From assembly GCF_001194135.2 (NCBI RefSeq), contig NC_068983.1:103539808-103577506 (forward strand): 37,699 nucleotides of DNA, in the 5' to 3' direction. The notes beneath the pieces are model-generated. The model had not been told where the DNA came from. It made no database searches and saw only the letters and a list, made by a program, of their open reading frames with translations. Source of the DNA: Octopus bimaculoides. Its lineage: Eukaryota. The stretch's first letter is position 1; each line of letters begins with the position of its first letter. Positions 32,249 to 37,699 of this stretch are shown piece by piece. The position numbers and the translations under genes were made by a program.

Positions 32249-32544
32249 GGGGATGGTCTTTTTTTTTTTGATCAATTACTATTTATTTATTTTGATCAGA
32301 GCACTATTTATTTTATCCTCACTTTTGTTCTTTTGTCAAACATTCCTGGACTTCATCAGAAATAAGCAGGACAAAAGGAGACACATGGGACAGAGAGTCA
32401 CTGATGAGGTCACAGAATGTGTGAAGAAATAACTTTGGGAGCCTGATAAACAAAAATTAAATACAAATAAAAACTGAAGCGAAGATCAAATAAATAGTGC
32501 ATGTGTTTAATTGACAAAAAAACAAAAAAGAATTGACCATCTCC
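32249..32544. mobile_element. ~296-bp MITE-like element, superfamily uncertain
   Basis: Termini GGGGATGGTC / GACCATCTCC with further imperfect inverted match (poly-T, tcaatta, ctatttatt); flanked by TT and AA. Confidence 0.55.
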
Positions 32545-32615
32545 AATTTTCACAATATCTGTTTCAACACGTTTTCTCATCGGGAATCTTGCAAAACAAA
32601 TACATAAATACATAA

Positions 32616-32778
32616 ATGTATGTGTGTATATGTGTGTATACATATGTGTGTATGTGTGTGTGTATACACACACATACATATATATATACATTACATACAT
32701 ATACATACATACATACATACATACATACATACATACATACATACATACACACATACACACACAAACACATACACACAC
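32616..32778. repeat. (TG)n/(TACA)n/(CA)n compound microsatellite
   Basis: Directly visible repeat. Confidence 0.95.
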
Positions 32779-33189
32779 GTAATTTGAAAGGAGTATTCAA
32801 AGAACAGCACATTACCAAAAGTATGCTTATAGTAGAGTGGTTCCATACTTAACTTCTATCACTGACTTGGTTGGACAATCCTCAGAATTCCAGATAGGCA
32901 AGTGTGTATAGTCTGCATATAAGGGCTTATGTCTTTCTTTGTGTTGTATATTTGCAGAGTAATATTGATGAATAGGGCCACTGGCATTTGTTCATGTATC
33001 AGCTTATACTCATGTATTTGGTACATGTTGGTCTTATGAAAAACATACAGAAATTAAAACAATTTTATGGAAATTAACAAACAATCCCATATATGTCGAG
33101 TTGACAACTTTGCTTCTTCAAATGAAAGAATGCCATAAAATAACTTCCTTTGACACACTCACACATGCATACGCACACTCTAGGAAAAA

Positions 33190-35075
33190 CTTCCTGCACT
33201 ATCTCTGACACCTCTGTCTCCTTTCTTGACATTTCGGTCAGTATTCATCACTCCACTCTTACCACTTCCATCCACTACAAACACACAGACTCACACTCAT
33301 ACCTCAACTTCTCCTCCCCCCACCCTAAACACNNNNNNNNNNNNNNNNNNNNNNNNNNNNNNNNNNNNNNNNNNNNNNNNNNNNNNNNNNNNNNNNNNNN
33401 NNNNNNNNNNNNNNNNNNNNNNNNNNNNNNNNNNNNNNNNNNNNNNNNNNNNNNNNNNNNNNNNNNNNNNNNNNNNNNNNNNNNNNNNNNNNNNNNNNNN
33501 NNNNNNNNNNNNNNNNNNNNNNNNNNNNNNNNNNNNNNNNNNNNNNNNNNNNNNNNNNNNNNNNNNNNNNNNNNNNNNNNNNNNNNNNNNNNNNNNNNNN
33601 NNNNNNNNNNNNNNNNNNNNNNNNNNCCTACCTCTCCAACACACCATTCTCCAAGCTTTCCAGCACCTCCACACATCTTCCCTAACCGACCCCTCCCCTC
33701 CTTCAAATGAGCCCACAGCTTCTTCCCCAACCTAACCTCCCAACCTGGCTTTTTCCCCTGCTTCCACCCATGCTGCCGTACTTACCCTTACCTCTCCAAC
33801 ACCACCCTCCTCACTGGCACCCATCATCGACCCAATCGCATCACCGACTCTTTCACCTGCACTTCTACTAATATCATCTATTGCATCTCCTGCTCTCTCT
33901 GCCATTCTCTGTACATCGGAGAAACGGGACGTCGCTTGTCTGACCGGTTCATGGAACACCTCTGAGACATCCGCCTTGGCATTGACACCTCGGTGTCACA
34001 CCATTTCCGCTCTACCGGTCACTCTTTGCAACACTTGTCTGTGTTCAGATTGTCCTTGCACAGGGGCCGTCTGGACTCCCGTTTGCGCTGTGAACAGGGA
34101 TTAATCTTCTCTCTTTGCTCCTTTGTGCCACATGGGCTCAACTTTCCTCCTCTCTTCATCTAACCTCCTGCCCTTGCCTCTTTGTTTCTCTCTCCCTCTC
34201 CCCTCCCTCCTACTTCCTCCCACTCACCTCTCCTCTCTTGCTCTGACTCCTACTTCTCTTTACTTCTCTTCACCCCTACTTTCTTTCTCTCTTCTCTCTT
34301 ACTCTCTTTCTCTCTTCTCTCATACCTACCTTCCCCTTTCCCTTCATCGTCAACCCTTCCTCATAAGTCCACCCCNNNNNNNNNNNNNNNNNNNNNNNNN
34401 NNNNNNNNNNNNNNNNNNNNNNNNNNNNNNNNNNNNNNNNNNNNNNNNNNNNNNNNNNNNNNNNNNNNNNNNNNNNNNNNNNNNNNNNNNNNNNNNNNNN
34501 NNNNNNNNNNNNNNNNNCCTCACCTACCCCAACCTCTGCCTACCCACAAACCCCACCTCTACCCCACCCTCAGCCTAACCCACACCTCACCCATGCTTTC
34601 GCCACTCTTGCCTCCCCCACCTCCCAACACCATCACACCACACCATGCTACACCATACCACACAACACATCATATCACAACATACCACTACGCACACACC
34701 AGCACTGACCAATTCCCATCCCCACATTTTCACACCTACACATACACACATGCACACGTCAAGCTCACTAGCACTCTCTTACACACGCGCACCTTCGTTT
34801 TGGGATCACTACTACTTTGTTATCTTCCCTTCTTCTTAACCCTCCTGTGTGACCTTTCTGTCTGGCATTTGCCATGATAGATCGCTAACCACTACACACA
34901 TTTTTTGTTCTCTCCTTGTTTACACACATTTTTTTGTTCTCTCCTTGTTTCTTTCTGTGTTCCTTTCTGTGGAAGAGCGTAGGCTCAAAACGTTAAATAC
35001 TTTTTCAATTCCCAAGTGTTATACTAATACATCTATTTGTTTTCTACACTACCTGTCTTCGTCTGTTGTTTTTTG
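33190..35075 (+). mobile_element. 5'-truncated Penelope-like retroelement (Neptune-type): RT C-terminus, GIY-YIG endonuclease, CT-rich 3' region, terminal repeat
   Basis: CTISDTSVSFLDISVSIHHSTLTTSIHYKHTDSHSYLNFSSPHP (PLE RT end); linker PGFFPCFHPCCRTYPY; 33840-34163 ITDSFTCTSTNIIYCISCSLCHSLYIGETGRRLSDRFMEHL*DIR...PHGLN (GIY-YIG with CxxC insert). Confidence 0.93.
34962..34998 (+). ncRNA. Degenerate hammerhead-shaped motif in the Penelope terminal repeat
   Basis: CCTTT | CTGTGGA A | GAGC gtag GCTC | AAAA CGT T | AAA: perfect stem II, palindromic AACGTT; GAAA reads AAAA (CpG decay) here but is intact in the 31.75-kb copy. Confidence 0.4.
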
Positions 35076-35084
35076 AGAATTCTC

Positions 35085-35365
35085 CCTATATATATATACA
35101 TGTGTGTGTGTGTGTGTGTGCATGTGTCTGTGTTTGTCCCCCACCACCACTTGGCAACTGGTTTTGGTGTGTTTATTTCCCCGTTTTGGTTTTGGCGTGT
35201 TTATTTTCCTGTAACTTAGCGTTCCAGCAAGAGTGTCCGATAAAATAGGTACCAAGCTTAACAAAATATAAGTATTGGGGTCGATTCTTTTGACTGAAAG
35301 AAATTGTTCAAGGTAATGCTCCAGAATGGCTGCAGTCTTAGTGACTGAAATAAGTAAAAGATGAA
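35085..35365 (+). mobile_element. 3' half of SINE family A with preceding microsatellite
   Basis: gtgtttgtcccccaccaccacttggcaactg...taacttagcgttccagcaagag...gactgaaataagtaaaaga. Confidence 0.8.
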
Positions 35366-35706
35366 AGATATATATGTATAATATATTTCACTTTTAACAA
35401 CTTATTGAACTGGATGAATAAAGCATTGTAAGCTAAACCTGAGGTCCAGTTAAATCAATATTATCTAGCTATCAATTTCTATAAATATAAGTATGTGTGT
35501 GTGTATGTATGTATTTATGTAAGTATTTAAATGTACATATGTGTGTATATATGCATATACATCTGACCATGTGTTCACACCATAAAGACAGATGTCTCAT
35601 AATTTAGCATTGTGACAAATGGAGATTACTAAAATAAGTTCTATGCTTAAAATATAAGTAATGGGATCACTTTGATTGATCAAATAAATTCTTCAAGAAA
35701 GTTTAA

Positions 35707-35927
35707 CCCTTTAGCATTTAAACCGGCCATACCCGGCCAAAAGTATTCTGCCTGTTTTATGTTCAAACTGGCCAGATCTGGTCTCTCACACCAACCCTAC
35801 AATATTGTTTTAAAAATTAACAGTTACCTCATCAAAATCTCATACCTATAAGATAATGTATGATTAGTTCAAAACAATGTAGATGAAAAAGCATTAATTT
35901 TGGCAGAATAATGCGAACACTAAAGGG
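35707..35927. mobile_element. piggyBac-type MITE, family 1, intact ends
   Basis: TTAA|CCCTTTAG ... CTAAAGGG|TTAA (TSDs at 35703-06 and 35928-31); sits inside a SINE A tail remnant. Confidence 0.92.
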
Positions 35928-35994
35928 TTAATGACTGAAACAAACAAAAGAACAAAAGTATAAAAGACAGCAAAACAAATCCATCTATCTTCAG

Positions 35995-36113
35995 TTAAGG
36001 ACTTTCTGTGTGTCAAAACCTTCGGAAGAATATAAGGACGGAAACAACGAAAGTGTTCAGAAAGAATTGCATCATGCAGGAGAACAAAGCAGGAATGTGT
36101 TGAGAATTGAATG
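35995..36113 (+). CDS. Candidate 119-nt exon LRTFCVSKPSEEYKDGNNESVQKELHHAGEQSRNVLRIE(W); product unknown
   Basis: ccatctatcttcag| acceptor, open phase-0 frame, TG|GTAAAA donor with an in-frame stop immediately beyond it; three CpGs retained. Confidence 0.25.
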
Positions 36114-36506
36114 GTAAAAAAGAAGACATCGATGAGTTCCTTTCATGATGCATTATATGAAAACTAAATCTTCTGTGATGCCTCGGTATGAGTGTTCCTG
36201 TTGCCCTCTTTTTTGGGTACTATATCAGGTTTATCATAAAGTATACTAAAATTACTTAAGCCACACAATATCTCAGACAACATAGTACAACAAGCCACAG
36301 CTGCATTATAACATGGTGACAACATCATTCATAAATTCCTTAAATAGAAAAGCTAAAAATCAATAATATAATAAAAAAGAAAATCAATTGAACATTCCAT
36401 GTACATGACTACACTGATTGATCTACAATCTGCACAGTCCATGTAACTATATGTCCAACTATCCCTAAATAACTGTATACATATACATTACATATGAATA
36501 TATACA

Positions 36507-36935
36507 GGCACAAGTGTGGCTGAGTGGTAAGAAGCTTGCTTCCCAACCACATGGTTCCAGGTTCAGTCCCAATGTGTGGCATCTTGGGCAAGTGTCTTCT
36601 ACTATAGCCTCAAGCTAATTAAAGCTTTGTGGGTGGATTTGGTAGAGAGAAACTGAAAGAAGCCTGTCATATATATATGTGAGTGTGTGTGTGTGTGTGT
36701 GCATGTGTGTGTAGGTGTGTGTGCACGTATCTGTGTCTTTGTGTCTGTGTTTGTCCCCTCTGTCAACTGGTGTTGGCGTGTTTACATCCCCATAACTTAG
36801 TGGTTCAGCAAAAGAGGCCGATAGAATAAATACTAGGCTTTAAAAAATAAGTCTTGGGCTCAATTTGTTTGACTAAAACCCTTCAAGGCAGTGCTCCAGT
36901 ATGGCCACAGTCAAATGACTAGAACAAGTAAAAGG
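36507..36935 (+). mobile_element. Full-length tRNA-derived SINE family A (~430 bp, OK-like, tentative) with central (TA)(TG)n
   Basis: A box TGGCTGAGTGG 36517-27; B-box-like GGTTCAGTCCC 36560-70; central microsatellite; tail gtcaaatgact.gaacaagtaaaagg. Confidence 0.92.
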
Positions 36936-36984
36936 ATATATATATGTTTGTGTGTATGTGTGTGTGTGTGTATACATAAACATT

Positions 36985-37627
36985 GTCACTAGAATAAGAA
37001 TATGCTAAGCGAAGTTCAGAATGTTGCCACCTTTGTTGGCAACAAAGGGCCTCTCCCTCAAAGTGAAAGACAGTTTGCATGATGTCTGTGTGTGAACAGC
37101 CATGCTACCTGACAGTGAAATATGGGCTGTGACTAATGAGGGCATGCAAGGGGTTGAAAGAAATGAAGCCAGTATGTTCTGCTGGATGTTCAGTGTTGGT
37201 GTCTATATATGACAGAATATAAGTGTCTTAAGAGAAAAATTGGGTATAAGAAGCATCAGATGTGGTGTGTAGTGTACACTGGTATGACCATGTGATGTAT
37301 ATGGACCAGAAGAGTTGCATATAGAAGTTCAGATCTCTAACTGTGGAGGGAACCTGTGGAAGAGGTAGAGACAGGAAAATGTGGGATTATGTTGTGAAAT
37401 ATGATCTTTGAATGTTGAGTCTCACAAAGCAATGACAAGTGACCAAGACTTTTGGTGATTTACTGTGCTTCAGAAAATACATCAAACTAAGTGAAATCAT
37501 TGCCATGGCCAGTGCTAGTGACACATAAAAGGCATCTGGTCAACACTGCGGAGCGTACCAGCTTCAGTCAAACTATAACCCATGTCAGCATAGAAAATGG
37601 AGGCTAAATGATGATGATGATGATGAT
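36985..37627 (+). mobile_element. 5'-truncated RTE LINE: ORF2 C-terminus, shortened 3' UTR, (ATG)n tail
   Basis: RIRIC*AKFR...LLATKGLSLKVK...SEIWAVT...ERNEASMFCWM...LREKLGIRSIRC...CGRGRDRKMW; ends aaatgatgatgatgat. Confidence 0.9.
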
Positions 37628-37648
37628 GTGCATATATATGTGTATATA

Positions 37649-37699
<51 letters not shown>
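37628..37699. repeat. (TA)n microsatellite
   Basis: Directly visible repeat. Confidence 0.95.

Noticed and set aside
32401-32432. CTGATGAG...GAAA hammerhead-like string inside the MITE
   Set aside because: Stem II closing pairs mismatch and no stem I or III can be formed; likely chance.
36507-36580. tRNA gene-like A and B boxes (also 4833-4920 and 22400-22476)
   Set aside because: No cloverleaf or acceptor stem; they continue into SINE bodies, so they are SINE heads.

Overview
AT-rich animal genomic DNA from a gapped draft assembly (7 N-runs). It is most likely octopus/coleoid cephalopod; I infer this from recalled octopus-type SINE families and very dense microsatellites. No intact protein-coding gene, rRNA, true tRNA or CRISPR array is supportable, and almost all listed ORFs are microsatellite, N-gap or decayed-transposon artefacts. 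The window is a layered transposon graveyard. It holds a decayed Ty3/Gypsy element (about 15.2-19.9 kb) and a 3.8-kb cluster of four Helitrons with Rep and PIF1-helicase remnants (7.2-11.0 kb). It also holds a Neptune-like Penelope element (33.2-35.1 kb), RTE and Rex/Babar LINE fragments, a mariner 3' end, piggyBac-type and hAT-type MITEs, and at least three tRNA-derived SINE families. The first ~3.5 kb keeps its CpGs and looks like a promoter/5' region, while the rest is CpG-depleted. A few weak splice-bounded exon candidates exist on both strands. The most unusual signals are: (i) three type-I hammerhead-ribozyme-shaped motifs with palindromic stem III and a non-canonical core (C[T/A]GT[G/C]GA instead of CTGANGA); (ii) the mirror-arranged Helitron cluster with a possibly captured unknown coding relic; (iii) a ~190-codon minus-strand frame broken only by TAG/TGA stops. 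Element boundaries were read by eye and are approximate unless TSDs or termini are quoted.
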